The notes: a model not told the origin generated them from the sequence alone. Counted from the first letter of the stretch, positions 9,559-20,387 are shown. The stretch is DNA of 64,000 bases from Synechococcales cyanobacterium VAR_4_metabat_354 (GCA_031414775.1 JANOQI010000046.1:1-64000), one strand, 5' to 3'. Numbers and translations are program-made.

Positions 9559-10539
9559 ATGTATCAGTTCATTGCACTAACTCTCGCTTTCCTAATCAGT
9601 CTAGTAAGCGTATGGCTGATCAAAACTCGCCTCAGCAAACAATTTCTTGATATCCCCAACGAGCGTAGCTCCCATACCATCCCCACACCACGCGGCGGCG
9701 GACTAGGATTTATTATTGCCTTTGCTGTTACCCTGCCACTTTTGCTACCAGCCGCGAACTTTTTACCTATTTACTTGGTTCTTACTCCTCTTGTTGTCAT
9801 TGGCTTGATCGATGATCGGCAAGGAGTGCCTTCAAAAATTCGTTATCTAGTTCAAATCTTCACAGCTAGTATTGCGGTTTACTACTTTGGCGCATTCTCC
9901 CAACCCTGGCTGACCAACTGGGGAATCTTTGGCTCAGTAATATCGATCGGACTAACTCTCATTGCCTTTACCGCCATCATCAACTTCTATAACTTTATGG
10001 ATGGTTTGGATGGAATTGTGGCGGGCTGTAGCCTAGTCCAAGTTGTATTTCTGGCTTTCTACCTTCAACAGCCATACCTCTGGCTACTCGCTGCGGCTTT
10101 AGTTGGCTTTCTTTACTGGAACTGGTCACCAGCTAAAATCTTTATGGGCGACTCGGGTAGTACTTTTTTGGGGGCGATCATTGCTATTAGCCTTTTATCC
10201 AGCAAAGATCCTGAGATCGCTTGGTCAGGATTGGTCATTACCCTGCCGTTAGTTGCTGATACCATCTACACTCTGGTTTGCCGGTTACGCGATCGGGAAA
10301 ATATCTTTCAGGCTCATCGCCGCCATCTTTTTCAACGCCTCCAACAATCTGGGCTTACTCATGCCACCGTAGCGAGTCTTTATATCATCACCAATCTTAC
10401 GATCGGAATTTTGCTGTGGACAATGCCGATTACTGGTGCGTTTGTTAGTCTGACGTTAGTATTGGGTAACATTTTCATAGGCGAGTTCTATTTATCAAAA
10501 AGACTGCAAGCGAAAAACCCGAATAAAGTTACTGAGTAA
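9559..10539 (+). CDS. MraY/WecA-like (glycosyl transferase family 4) polyprenyl-phosphate hexosamine-1-phosphate transferase
   Basis: DIPNERSSH..PTPRGGG, GLIDD, NFYNFMDGLDG, PAKIFMGDSGS, AHRRHLFQRL; ATG at 9559 preferred to GTG at 9502. Confidence 0.92.
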   Translation: MYQFIALTLAFLISLVSVWLIKTRLSKQFLDIPNERSSHTIPTPRGGGLGFIIAFAVTLPLLLPAANFLPIYLVLTPLVVIGLIDDRQGVPSKIRYLVQIFTASIAVYYFGAFSQPWLTNWGIFGSVISIGLTLIAFTAIINFYNFMDGLDGIVAGCSLVQVVFLAFYLQQPYLWLLAAALVGFLYWNWSPAKIFMGDSGSTFLGAIIAISLLSSKDPEIAWSGLVITLPLVADTIYTLVCRLRDRENIFQAHRRHLFQRLQQSGLTHATVASLYIITNLTIGILLWTMPITGAFVSLTLVLGNIFIGEFYLSKRLQAKNPNKVTE

Positions 10540-10730
10540 CCAGTAATAACTAAATTTAAGTTAATTAAATATGAAATTATTCAGGAATATTGCTTTTGCG
10601 GTCAGTATATATAAAGACTATGTTATTTGGCACGACAATTCTTTGTATTCAGTAGAATTGAAATCCCGACTGTATAATAGTTTTGAAAAAGCCAGGGTTC
10701 AACTTACTTTAAAATTCTACTCCGATAGCA

Positions 10731-11339
10731 ATGAAATTAGCGAAACGCTTCTTGGACTTATTTGTAACAATACCTTTCTTGATTTTAGGCGCTCCTTTGT
10801 TACTAATTCTCAGTATTCTAGTCAGAATTAAGTTGGGTGCTCCGATCTTATTTCAGCAAGAGCGGCCTGGTTTAAATGGTAAACCTTTCATCATGTATAA
10901 ATTTCGCACTATGACCGATGCTCGGGATTCTTATGGTGAGTTACTGCCCGATGATGATCGATTCACGAAGTTTGGTAAATTCATCCGGAGTACAAGTTTA
11001 GATGAACTACCAGAGCTATTTAATGTCTTGAAAGGAGAGATGAGTCTAGTTGGTCCCCGCCCACTATTGATGAAATACCTGGGTAGGTATTCTCCCGAAC
11101 AATCTCGTCGCCATGAAGCAAAACCGGGGATCACTGGCTGGGCACAAGTTAATGGGCGGAATGCAATCAGCTGGAAAAAGAAATTTGAGTTAGATGTCTG
11201 GTACGTAGATAACTACAACCTGTTTTTAGACATAAAGATACTAGTTTTAACGATTAAGAAAGTCCTAATTAGAGAAGGAATATCTCAAGCTAATCACTCG
11301 ACAATGAGCGAGTTTCACGGTGATTCCCGAGATGCTTAA
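10731..11339 (+). CDS. Bacterial sugar transferase (PglC/EpsL-like priming phosphoglycosyl transferase)
   Basis: KRFLD, KFRTM, RSTSLDELPEL.NVLKGEMSLVGPRP, KPGITGWAQVNGRN. Confidence 0.93.
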   Translation: MKLAKRFLDLFVTIPFLILGAPLLLILSILVRIKLGAPILFQQERPGLNGKPFIMYKFRTMTDARDSYGELLPDDDRFTKFGKFIRSTSLDELPELFNVLKGEMSLVGPRPLLMKYLGRYSPEQSRRHEAKPGITGWAQVNGRNAISWKKKFELDVWYVDNYNLFLDIKILVLTIKKVLIREGISQANHSTMSEFHGDSRDA

Positions 11340-11617
11340 GGCGAAATTCTGATTATTTTTATCAAGAATGATATTATATTGTTAGACTCTAGTAGTAGTA
11401 CTTTATGAATATGTTCGATCTGAACAAATTCAAAAAGTATCGATTAATCTAGCTATTATTCTGACCAGATTTGACCTTGCGGCGAGGTACCTTGAACTAC
11501 AACATCGATATCTAGAAAATTGTGGTTCTTGCCCCTGAATCAGGTTCTTATGCATATACAACTAGACTCACCTCTGCTTGAATTTTGACATACTCGCTAA
11601 AAGGATTACAACGACTT

Positions 11618-12793
11618 ATGAAGCCAATTCTCCTTTCCACTCCCCACATGGGCACTGCCGAATTTGAATTTGTTCAAGAAGCTTTTGCAACTAACTGGAT
11701 TGCCCCAGTGGGTCCGCACATTGACGCTTTTGAAGAAGAACTTTGCAAAGTAACTGGTTCTAGCCATGCTGCTGCAGTTAGCTCCGGTACGGCTGCTATT
11801 CATCTGGCACTTCGCTTATTAGGAGTTAAACAAGATGATGAAGTTTTTGTCTCCAGCCTCACTTTCATTGCCTCAGCTAGTCCGGTAATTTACCAAAATG
11901 CTAGGCCAGTATTTATTGACAGCGATACTAGTACTTGGAATATGGATCCTCAGCTTCTGATTGATACATTGCATCAGCGTGCTCGTAGCGGGAAGCTGCC
12001 GAAGGCGGTATTGCTGGTTCATATTTATGGCCAAAGTGCTGACCTTGACCCGATTTTGGAAGTTTGCAACCAGTACGAAGTTCCGGTAATTGAAGATGCT
12101 GCTGAAGCACTGGGGGCTACGTACAAAGCTGGTATGGTTGGAACCTTCGGACGTATTGGCATGTACTCTTTCAATGGTAATAAAATTATCACTACCTCTG
12201 GTGGTGGCATGTTGGTGTCGGAAAATCCGGAATTTATTGAAAAGGCTAAGTTTTGGGCAACTCAAGCGCGAGATGCGGCTCCCCATTACCAACATTCGGA
12301 AACTGGCTACAACTACCGCATGAGTAATGTCTTGGCTGGTATTGGTCGTGGTCAACTTCAGGTTTTAGCTGACCGAGTGGATGCTCGTCGCCATAATTTT
12401 GAAGTCTATCATCAAGCTTTGGCTGAGATACCAGGTATTCATTTTATGCCGGAGGCATCTTTTGGGATTTCGACCCGGTGGTTGACTGCTTTGACGATCG
12501 ATCCAGAACTGTTTGGAGTCGATCGAGAATATGTTCGTCTGGCTCTCAACGAACAACGAATTGAATCTCGGCCAGTTTGGAAGCCGCTGCACTTGCAGCC
12601 TGTTTTTGAGAAATGCGAAGCGATCGGTGGCCAAGTATCTGAAGCCTTATTTGAAAATGGTCTGTGCCTACCTTCTGGCTCTAATTTGACGATGGAAGAC
12701 CTCGATCGAGTGATTCAATCGATCAAAGCTGCTTACAAGCCTGCACAGGTTTTAGGTCAGCACCGATCGCCAGCACGTCAATCTGTGCCTTAA
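11618..12793 (+). CDS. DegT/DnrJ/EryC1/StrS PLP-dependent sugar aminotransferase (PglE/EpsN-like)
   Basis: SSGTAAIHLAL, IEDAAEALG, SFNGNKIITTSGGG, GYNYRMSN, GLCLPSGS. Confidence 0.93.
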   Translation: MKPILLSTPHMGTAEFEFVQEAFATNWIAPVGPHIDAFEEELCKVTGSSHAAAVSSGTAAIHLALRLLGVKQDDEVFVSSLTFIASASPVIYQNARPVFIDSDTSTWNMDPQLLIDTLHQRARSGKLPKAVLLVHIYGQSADLDPILEVCNQYEVPVIEDAAEALGATYKAGMVGTFGRIGMYSFNGNKIITTSGGGMLVSENPEFIEKAKFWATQARDAAPHYQHSETGYNYRMSNVLAGIGRGQLQVLADRVDARRHNFEVYHQALAEIPGIHFMPEASFGISTRWLTALTIDPELFGVDREYVRLALNEQRIESRPVWKPLHLQPVFEKCEAIGGQVSEALFENGLCLPSGSNLTMEDLDRVIQSIKAAYKPAQVLGQHRSPARQSVP

Positions 12794-12856
12794 AGCTAAG
12801 ATTGTAGTCGCTGTTTTTGCTAGAATCTGGGAGCTATCGCTCTTTTGACCGCCATC

Positions 12857-14023
12857 ATGAAACTAGTTTGTCAGCAAGCCGATCTCAATTCTAGTCTCTC
12901 ATTAGTAAGTAGAGCCGTTCCCAGTAAACCTAGCCAGCCGATTTTAACCAATATCAAGCTGGAAGCTAATATCAAATTGCAGCAGGTACGGCTGACTGGA
13001 TTTGATACCAGCTTAGGTATTCAAACTAGCTTTGCCGCCGTGGTTAGTGCCGACGGCATTATTGCTTTGCCAGCCAAGTTGTTAAATGATATTGTCTCGC
13101 GCTTGCCTAGTGGCGATATTACCTTAGACGATACAGCTCGTAATGGTGATTCGCTGATGATGACTGTGCAATCAGCTACTGGTCAATATCAAGTGCGCGG
13201 TTTGAGTGCCGAAGACTTTCCCGAGCTGCCAACCTCCGCTGAAAATGAAGTCCAACAGCTGCCAACTATTGCCCTGATGGACGGATTGCGGGGTGCTTTG
13301 ATCGCTTGTAGTCAAGACGAGACCAAGCAAATTTTGACTGGAGTCAATTTCAAAGTAGAAGCAGAAAAACTAGAATTTGCCGCCACCGATGGACATCGGC
13401 TTAGTGTGGTCGAAGCATATCCTGAGAATGTGGATGGAGCTGAACCAGAGTTGGTGAAAAGTTTAGAATTAACTGTCCCAGCGCGAGCGTTAAGAGAACT
13501 AGAAAAAATGTTGGCCTCCAAACCGGCTACCGAAAAAGTTGGTTTACATTTGGGTGCCGGTCAGGTAGTTTTTGAGTGGGAGACAAGTCAGGGTCAGCAA
13601 CAACTGACTACGCGCACTCTAGATGGTAAATATCCAGACTACCGGATGCTGATTCCCCAGCGGTTTGATAAACAAGTAACGATCGATCGCAGGCAACTGG
13701 TCTCTGCTCTCGAACGGATTGCGGTATTGGCGGATCAACACAATAATCTAGTCAAATTTACGATTAGTAACAGCGAACAGTCTGTCTATTTATCAGTAGA
13801 AGCCCAAGACATTGGCAGCGGTAAAGAATCGCTCCCGGCTCAAGTGTCTGGGGAAGATTTAGAAATTGCTTTTAATGTTCGCTACTTATTAGACGGATTG
13901 AAAACTATCAGTACCCAAGAAATTTCGATCAGTTTAAACGGAGTGCTAGAACAGGTAATTTTTTCGCCATTAGGCGGGGTCAAGATGATTTATTTAGTCA
14001 TGCCCGTTCAACTTAGAAGTTAA
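12857..14023 (+). CDS. dnaN: DNA polymerase III beta sliding clamp
   Basis: MKLVCQQADL..VSRAV, AATDGHRL, GKYPDYRMLIP, IAFNVRYLLD, YLVMPVQLR. Confidence 0.97.
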   Translation: MKLVCQQADLNSSLSLVSRAVPSKPSQPILTNIKLEANIKLQQVRLTGFDTSLGIQTSFAAVVSADGIIALPAKLLNDIVSRLPSGDITLDDTARNGDSLMMTVQSATGQYQVRGLSAEDFPELPTSAENEVQQLPTIALMDGLRGALIACSQDETKQILTGVNFKVEAEKLEFAATDGHRLSVVEAYPENVDGAEPELVKSLELTVPARALRELEKMLASKPATEKVGLHLGAGQVVFEWETSQGQQQLTTRTLDGKYPDYRMLIPQRFDKQVTIDRRQLVSALERIAVLADQHNNLVKFTISNSEQSVYLSVEAQDIGSGKESLPAQVSGEDLEIAFNVRYLLDGLKTISTQEISISLNGVLEQVIFSPLGGVKMIYLVMPVQLRS

Positions 14024-14407
14024 CCTGTCGATTACTGTCAAATCCTCACTAGTCGCATGTTCATCAATAATTACGGGCTGATCTAAATTTGCTAAATCTG
14101 ACCAACTTAATTGAATGCGTGGTCCAGAGGTTGCCAGTCGAAAAACCATGCCATCAGTCGCTATCGCCTTGGAAATGGGTTGACCATCCGAGCTGTAAGT
14201 ACCATTGGTACTCATATTTACCACTCGCCACCCAGATTCATTGCGCCGCAGTTCTACATGGTGCCGAGAAACCACGGCACTGTACAAAACAACACTATTA
14301 TTGGTGGCACGACCAATGCTCACCATGGTTTCGTTCGTGAATGTCCAACTCTGAGTTGGAACTGATTTAGTGGGATGGAGTAGAGAGACGATTATCACGG
14401 TGGCCAC
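13994..14407 (-). CDS. FHA domain protein
   Basis: SIGRATNNSVVL.SAVVSRHH...STNGTY FHA motifs; follows fraH. Confidence 0.85.
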   Translation of the reverse strand: MATVIIVSLLHPTKSVPTQSWTFTNETMVSIGRATNNSVVLYSAVVSRHHVELRRNESGWRVVNMSTNGTYSSDGQPISKAIATDGMVFRLATSGPRIQLSWSDLANLDQPVIIDEHATSEDLTVIDRLTSKLNGHD

Positions 14408-14507
14408 AAGACAAAAAAATTACTGTTCGGACATTAGTAAAGTGTATGTCAGAATGTTTCCCAATTCAGCACCAAGAATAGACATTCTCAGTGCTGAACA
14501 AGCAATC

Positions 14508-15293
14508 TTACATGTTTTGAAACAGAAAAGTTACTAAATCTCCCTTACCTAAGCTAATGCGATCGCCCACTCGCAATAAATGACGATTGCCTGTCGGTAA
14601 AGCATTGTGGTTAACATAGGTACCATTGGCACTACCCATATCTTCTAAATAGACAGAGTCGCCATCAACACGAATGTCGGCGTGAACACGAGATACGACT
14701 TCTGAACAGGGAAACCCCGATACATCAATATCTGGCGGAATTTGCTCATTGGGCTTGCCAACGTGCACTACATTCAGGCTCAACGGAATTTCGATCACCT
14801 TGCCACTTTGGACATGCGTGAACTGAAAACGCTGCTGCTGAAGCTGAGTCGAAGATGGTGAAGCTGTCCCTGGAGTGGCGGGAGTCGCCACGGCTGGTGA
14901 AACTGGTAGTGCAATTTCAGGCTCAGGATGAGCCACTGGTGATATTGGCGGCAAACTGATCGATATTGGTGCGACCACTGGTTCTGAAATTAGGGGTGAG
15001 ATCGGCTCACTAACGACTGGCTCTGTAATGGCTTGTGCACTTGCTGCTCCGGCAATCACAGTGGGTGGGAGATTAGATGCTGTCGATTCACTAGATGAGG
15101 GCGGCGGACTAGTCGCTACTGGCGTTACGGAGGCGGCCAGTCCGGTACCGCACTGACCGCAAAACGTTGCATCTAACTGAACTGTTGCTCCACAGTTGGG
15201 ACAGCTCGTCGTGGCTGGCAAGGGCGTGAAGCAAGCTTCGCATTGAGTAGCACCGGAGGGATTCTGGTGGCTGCAATTAGGACAAATAGTCAT
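14508..15293 (-). CDS. fraH: Double zinc-ribbon + Pro-rich linker + FHA protein (FraH homolog)
   Basis: CPNC..CEAC..CPNC..CGQC; GKPNEQIPPDIDVSGF..SEVVSRVHADIR..GDRISLGKGDLVTFLF; adjacent to pgl/devB as in Anabaena. Confidence 0.85.
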   Translation of the reverse strand: MTICPNCSHQNPSGATQCEACFTPLPATTSCPNCGATVQLDATFCGQCGTGLAASVTPVATSPPPSSSESTASNLPPTVIAGAASAQAITEPVVSEPISPLISEPVVAPISISLPPISPVAHPEPEIALPVSPAVATPATPGTASPSSTQLQQQRFQFTHVQSGKVIEIPLSLNVVHVGKPNEQIPPDIDVSGFPCSEVVSRVHADIRVDGDSVYLEDMGSANGTYVNHNALPTGNRHLLRVGDRISLGKGDLVTFLFQNM

Positions 15294-15489
15294 AAATAGA
15301 TGGCAATTACTTAAACATTATTTTAGTACTAGAAATTTTGATCTGCTGTCAAACGATAGCCAATATTTTTGGTCTAACGCTTACTGAAAGCGAAAATCAC
15401 CAGCACGGAAGAGCCTCAATTCCAGAATAGAGGAAAAACTGCTGTATTTTATTTTTTGTTCACAAAAATCTGCGCGAAAATTGTGCTGG

Positions 15490-16212
15490 CTATGATAAAA
15501 CTTGGGCAGCTGAAGCATCTAACCACCACCATAATTCACCACTGGGCTGAATCAACTTAGCTGGATATTGCTGAGCATCAGCAGTATCTGAAAATATTTG
15601 CTGAAGTGCGGCTTGTTTATTGGCGCCAGTGACCACAAAAGCTACGCAATGCGCCTGATTAATGATGGCCGTTGTCAGTGTCAAACGCGGTTCTCCATCT
15701 TTACTTCCAACGGTTGTTAACTTTTCGATCACCCCCAAGGCCGGTGTGTGAGGAAACAAAGAAGCGGTATGACCATCTTCACCCATGCCCAGCAGCACCA
15801 AATCAAACTGGGGAATTTGGCCGAGGGGTAGTTCAAAACATTTTAATATTTCTGTTTGGTATTGGGCAGCACATTGCTCTGGCTGACCGATCTCGGTTGG
15901 CCAAGGGTGAATGTTAGCTGCTGGAATTGGCACCAGGTTTAGCCAGCTTTGACGAGCCATTAACTCATTGCTATTGGGATCGGTGGCTGGGACATAGCGC
16001 TCATCACCCCAAAATATCTGAAGCTGCTCCCAAGGTAAACTGCTATTAGCTAATGCTTGATAAATTACTTTGGGCGTGCTGCCCCCAGCCAGCGAAATAT
16101 AAGCTTGCCCGCGCTGTTCGATCGCCTTAATCACAATTGTTTGAATCCATTTGGAAATTTCAGCTACCAATACGGTGCTGTCTGGAGCTACTTTAATATT
16201 ATTTTTAGTCAT
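15490..16212 (-). CDS. pgl: 6-phosphogluconolactonase (DevB)
   Basis: LAGGSTPK, FWGDERYVP, LLGMGEDGHTASLFP, RLTLT. Confidence 0.96.
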   Translation of the reverse strand: MTKNNIKVAPDSTVLVAEISKWIQTIVIKAIEQRGQAYISLAGGSTPKVIYQALANSSLPWEQLQIFWGDERYVPATDPNSNELMARQSWLNLVPIPAANIHPWPTEIGQPEQCAAQYQTEILKCFELPLGQIPQFDLVLLGMGEDGHTASLFPHTPALGVIEKLTTVGSKDGEPRLTLTTAIINQAHCVAFVVTGANKQAALQQIFSDTADAQQYPAKLIQPSGELWWWLDASAAQVLS

Positions 16213-16455
16213 ACCCTACATGCCAGATTTCCTTTTATTGTAAATTGACTTGCTCACATCACCCATCTGAAGATCTCTAATACTTGTCGATCAAAAAGTT
16301 AATGATTGAGCAGCCAACCAGATTATCGATCGTCAAAATCTGCTACAATTCCTATCGCTGAGATCCCGGTGGTAAAAGTATTTCAGGTAGTTATATCCAA
16401 CTCTACTAATATCTACCGCACCCCAGCAAATAACCATCTACCCCCCGAAATACTC

Positions 16456-17187
16456 ATGCAATTTAACAGCAATTTAGTGACATCTTTAGCTTTTAAGACC
16501 GCTGGTATAGTTTTAATTGTATCAACACTCGTAAATATTATTTTCGCTGCTCTGCCGTACCAACCCGGTGATGTGAAGTGGTGGGCACAGTTGGGTATAG
16601 AGTTGCTTGGTCGTGGTTTTTTCTCTCTGGTGGGGGTTGTTTTTTTAATGGCTGGAAAATGGCTGGAGAATATCAACAAAGAATCTGGCCGGGGTGATCA
16701 GCAGAATTGGTTTTTTCTTAGTGCCCTGATTTCCGTGATTTTTGGGCTGATCTATTTAGCCATTATTCCTTTTCAAATCATTGCGGCTAATCAAGATCGA
16801 GATAAAGCATTTACTAATATGAATCAAGAATTAGGCCGCACGGAAGCAGCGATTAAAGAAAGACTTAGTGTTTTTGAAGATAAAACAAAAGTTCAGCAAC
16901 AAATCGCTGCCCTCGATCAGCAAATTAAGAGTGGGCAAGTTCAAGGGCCAGAATTAGAGACCTTCAAACAGGAAAAAGCTCTGTACGAAAAGTTAAGCGC
17001 TGACCCCAGCGAGTTGAAAAGAAAATCTACTGAACTGCTTGGTCAAATCAATCAAAAACGCCAGTCTGTTACCAACCAGATAACGATCGATCTATTTAGA
17101 ACTGGTATTCGAGCTAGTCTATTCAGTCTTCTGCTAGCTGCTGGGCATGTATTTATTGGTTTCGCTGGCTTGCGTCATCGGCGATAA
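16456..17187 (+). CDS. HpsJ-like cyanobacterial membrane protein
   Basis: Three N-terminal TMs (W...L..RG..LVG pattern), Q/K-rich coiled coil, C-terminal TM; ATG at 16456 preferred. Confidence 0.6.
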   Translation: MQFNSNLVTSLAFKTAGIVLIVSTLVNIIFAALPYQPGDVKWWAQLGIELLGRGFFSLVGVVFLMAGKWLENINKESGRGDQQNWFFLSALISVIFGLIYLAIIPFQIIAANQDRDKAFTNMNQELGRTEAAIKERLSVFEDKTKVQQQIAALDQQIKSGQVQGPELETFKQEKALYEKLSADPSELKRKSTELLGQINQKRQSVTNQITIDLFRTGIRASLFSLLLAAGHVFIGFAGLRHRR

Positions 17188-17311
17188 AGCCTTGCAAGAT
17201 CCGGCCAGAAGCTCTAAAACTAAAGATATTATTGTCTCGTGTCCCCAGCCCCAGTAGCGAAGAGACCGGTAGAGAGAGTTGACTAAATCTTATAAGGAGA
17301 GTTTAACCCCT

Positions 17312-18034
17312 GTGTTTCAGCGCTTTCGCCAGGACTTGAAAAACGATTTAATTGCTGGGCTGTTGGTAGTCATTCCCCTCGCCACTACTATTTGGCTGAC
17401 TATTAATATAGCTAATTGGGTCATCAACGTCCTAACCAAGATCCCCAAGCAAATTAATCCCTTCGATGGCTTGCATCCTATTTTAGTCAACTTTTTGAAC
17501 CTGCTAGTGGGTTTAGTAGTTCCTTTACTGTCTATTCTGCTGATTGGTTTAATGGCCAGGAATATTGCTGGTAAATGGCTACTCGATGTGGGCGAACGTC
17601 TACTTCAGGCCATTCCTCTAGCTGGTTCAGTATACAAAACCCTCAAGCAACTCCTCGAAACCCTCCTCAAAGATTCCAATAACCGGTTTCGGCAAGTGGT
17701 CTTGGTCGAGTACCCCCGCCGAGGGATCTGGGCTTTAGCATTTGTTACTGGCCCTTTGCACAGCGAAATCCAGTTGCAAATGCCGGAGCCGATGCTCAAT
17801 TTATTCATTCCCACCACTCCCAATCCCACCACCGGCTGGTATGCAGTAATACCTGCCCAGGATGTAGTGAACTTGTCCATGTCAGTAGAAGATGCCTTTA
17901 AGGTCATTGTTTCTGGTGGGATTGTTAGTCCTAGTATGAATTCAGCAAATGTTCTGGCACCAGCCGCTTATGGCGCGCCGATAGCAGCTAACCTAGAAAA
18001 AGATCTGATCGGGATCACAGGGGATGAACCATAA
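17312..18034 (+). CDS. DUF502 family membrane protein
   Basis: DLKNDLIAGLLVVIPLATTIWL, VLVEYPRRG, FIPTTPNPTTGW; conserved position before nusB. Confidence 0.9.
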   Translation: MFQRFRQDLKNDLIAGLLVVIPLATTIWLTINIANWVINVLTKIPKQINPFDGLHPILVNFLNLLVGLVVPLLSILLIGLMARNIAGKWLLDVGERLLQAIPLAGSVYKTLKQLLETLLKDSNNRFRQVVLVEYPRRGIWALAFVTGPLHSEIQLQMPEPMLNLFIPTTPNPTTGWYAVIPAQDVVNLSMSVEDAFKVIVSGGIVSPSMNSANVLAPAAYGAPIAANLEKDLIGITGDEP

Positions 18035-18072
18035 GTGCTAGAATTGACCGCCTCCTAAATTTCTCTTAACCC

Positions 18073-18687
18073 ATGAAACCCCGTGAAATTGCGCGTGAAC
18101 TAGCTCTGTTGGGATTGTCTCAACTACCTAGTTCTCCTGAGAAAATTGCTAGCCAAAAGCTATCCCAGTTGGTGTTAGCGGCTATCCGCACTTTGCGTAC
18201 TGAAGCGGAGGAAAGCTTGGAAACTGCTACTGCCGAACTGCAACGCAGTCACGAACGGCTGCTGCACAGCGAAACCCGCGCTAGTGATGTTCAGAGTGCC
18301 CGCACTATGCTCCAAGAGAGCTTGGAGTTAACCCAATCGGTTATTAACCGGCTGGGGCATTCCCTGCAAATGCCGGAGTTTATTCAGCTCACCAACCAAT
18401 CGGAAGTGCAGCAGTATGCTTTAGAAATTTTGGGCAGCATTGCTAAAAACAAAGTTGAAATTGATAGTTTGCTAAGTAGTCACATGGTCGATTGGCAACT
18501 GCGCCGCTTGGCCAAAATTGATCAAGATATTTTGCGAATTGCGGTGGTTGAAATCAAATATCTGGGATTGCCCGATCGAATTGCGATCAATGAGGCGATC
18601 GAACTGGCCAAACGCTACAGTGATGATGAGAGTCATCGCTTTATCAATGGTGTACTACGCAAGGTTAGTGACGCGCTGCGGGTTTAA
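18073..18687 (+). CDS. nusB: Transcription antitermination factor NusB
   Basis: REIARELAL, WQLRRLAKIDQDILR, AINEAIELAKRYS..FINGVLR. Confidence 0.96.
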   Translation: MKPREIARELALLGLSQLPSSPEKIASQKLSQLVLAAIRTLRTEAEESLETATAELQRSHERLLHSETRASDVQSARTMLQESLELTQSVINRLGHSLQMPEFIQLTNQSEVQQYALEILGSIAKNKVEIDSLLSSHMVDWQLRRLAKIDQDILRIAVVEIKYLGLPDRIAINEAIELAKRYSDDESHRFINGVLRKVSDALRV

Positions 18688-18800
18688 TGTTGTGGAAGGA
18701 TCGGGATAACCGTACTCAGACTAACCGTTAATCTTCTGCGAGGCTTAACCGGCAATCAGATATGATGTGATATCTATTTTTATAAAAACTCTTTATTTTT

Positions 18801-20279
18801 ATGGTATTCAACTGGTTCCGTCGCCAATTTAATAACTCCACGCCTGAAGAACCGACAGTGACAGAGTTGGCGCATCCTACTGAGGAGATGGCCGCAGAGG
18901 TGAGCGAATCGGCGGCAGAGCCAGAGGTGCAGCCAGAAGTCGTGGCCGTCGGTGAAAATAAGGCTGATGCTGATACCCTGGCTTGGGCGAAGGCTGCTTA
19001 CCAAAACATCAAGCAGCAACAGGCTGCTACCGTGGCAGTTGAACCAGAAGCCATAGTAGTAAAACCAGAGCCAGTAGCTGAGCAGCCGATCGATCAAATC
19101 GATCAACCAGCGGTTGTGGAAGAGTCAATGTCTGATCCTGCTGCTGTAGCGGAAGTCACTGCTGTCTCGGTGGAGAATAGTCTGCCAGCTTGGGCACAAG
19201 AGCGTTCCACCCAAGAAAGATTGGCTGCCCTCAAAGAACAGTCGATCGAAGCTCCAGTTGAAGAAGAAATTGTTCTAGATGATGACTTTTTATGGTCAGC
19301 TAAGGTCTTAGCCGATCAAGGCCGTAGCCCCGAAGAAATTTCCCTGGCGGAAATTGATTGGCTGAAAAAACTGCGCCAGGGCTTAAATAAAACTCGCCTT
19401 AGCTTAGTCAACCAAGTCAAAGGACTGATTGGTCAGGGTCCCTTAAATGCCGATGCGGTGGTGGCGATCGAAACCCTGCTGTTACAGGCAGATGTCGGAA
19501 TTGAGGCCACTGACTATATTGTAGGTGTGCTTCAAGACAAGCTTAGAGCTGAAACCTTACCGCCGGAAGAAGCGATCGCCTATCTCAAGCAAATTCTGCG
19601 CGATTTATTAGATAAGCCTTTTCAGCAAAACTATGCGATCGACTTTGTGCCCACCAAAGATATGTTGAACATTTGGCTGCTCACCGGGGTGAATGGAGTC
19701 GGTAAAACCACTACCATCGGCAAACTCGCCCACATGAGCAAATCCTCGGGTTATCGCTGCTTGATTGCCGCCGCTGATACTTTCCGAGCAGCAGCGGTCG
19801 ATCAAGTCAAGGTTTGGGGTCAACGTAGTGACATTGATGTCATTGCTAATCCTGGTCAAAACACTGATCCCGCCGCCGTGGTTTTTGATGCTATTACCGC
19901 TGCTAAAGCCCGTAAAACTGAATTGTTATTAGTAGACACCGCTGGTCGTCTTCAAAACAAAAAGAATTTGATGGATGAGCTGGGCAAAATGCGCCGAATT
20001 ATCGACAAGCAAGCTGGTGATGCCCAAATTGAGTCGCTGCTAGTGCTAGACGCGACTCTCGGTCAAAATGGTTTGCGCCAAGCGCAGGTTTTTGCGGAAG
20101 CCGCGAAGCTCAGTGGCGTGGTGCTAACCAAATTAGATGGCACCGCTAAAGGTGGGGTGGCTCTAGCCGTCGTGCAGCAGCTGGGTTTACCGATTCGGTT
20201 CATTGGTGCCGGGGAAGGAATTGAAGACCTGCGTCCCTTCTCTAGCTATGAATTTGTCGAAGCGCTGCTCAGTAGTTAA
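18801..20279 (+). CDS. ftsY: Signal recognition particle receptor FtsY
   Basis: Acidic N-terminus, GVNGVGKTTT, DTFRAAA, DTAGR, TKLDGTAKGG. Confidence 0.97.
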   Translation: MVFNWFRRQFNNSTPEEPTVTELAHPTEEMAAEVSESAAEPEVQPEVVAVGENKADADTLAWAKAAYQNIKQQQAATVAVEPEAIVVKPEPVAEQPIDQIDQPAVVEESMSDPAAVAEVTAVSVENSLPAWAQERSTQERLAALKEQSIEAPVEEEIVLDDDFLWSAKVLADQGRSPEEISLAEIDWLKKLRQGLNKTRLSLVNQVKGLIGQGPLNADAVVAIETLLLQADVGIEATDYIVGVLQDKLRAETLPPEEAIAYLKQILRDLLDKPFQQNYAIDFVPTKDMLNIWLLTGVNGVGKTTTIGKLAHMSKSSGYRCLIAAADTFRAAAVDQVKVWGQRSDIDVIANPGQNTDPAAVVFDAITAAKARKTELLLVDTAGRLQNKKNLMDELGKMRRIIDKQAGDAQIESLLVLDATLGQNGLRQAQVFAEAAKLSGVVLTKLDGTAKGGVALAVVQQLGLPIRFIGAGEGIEDLRPFSSYEFVEALLSS

Positions 20280-20387
20280 TCTTGGGTTTAGCTCTGGGGC
20301 TATTAGAAATTAATACTACCCAGAAGTAACTAATATATTGTAGGCTGCTAGGCAGCTCATTGAGTTCTATTTGCATTCTGATATTGA

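Noticed and set aside
10571..10831. 86-aa ORF between the glycosyltransferase genes
   Set aside because: Overlaps the sugar transferase out of frame by 100 bp; no recognisable motif.
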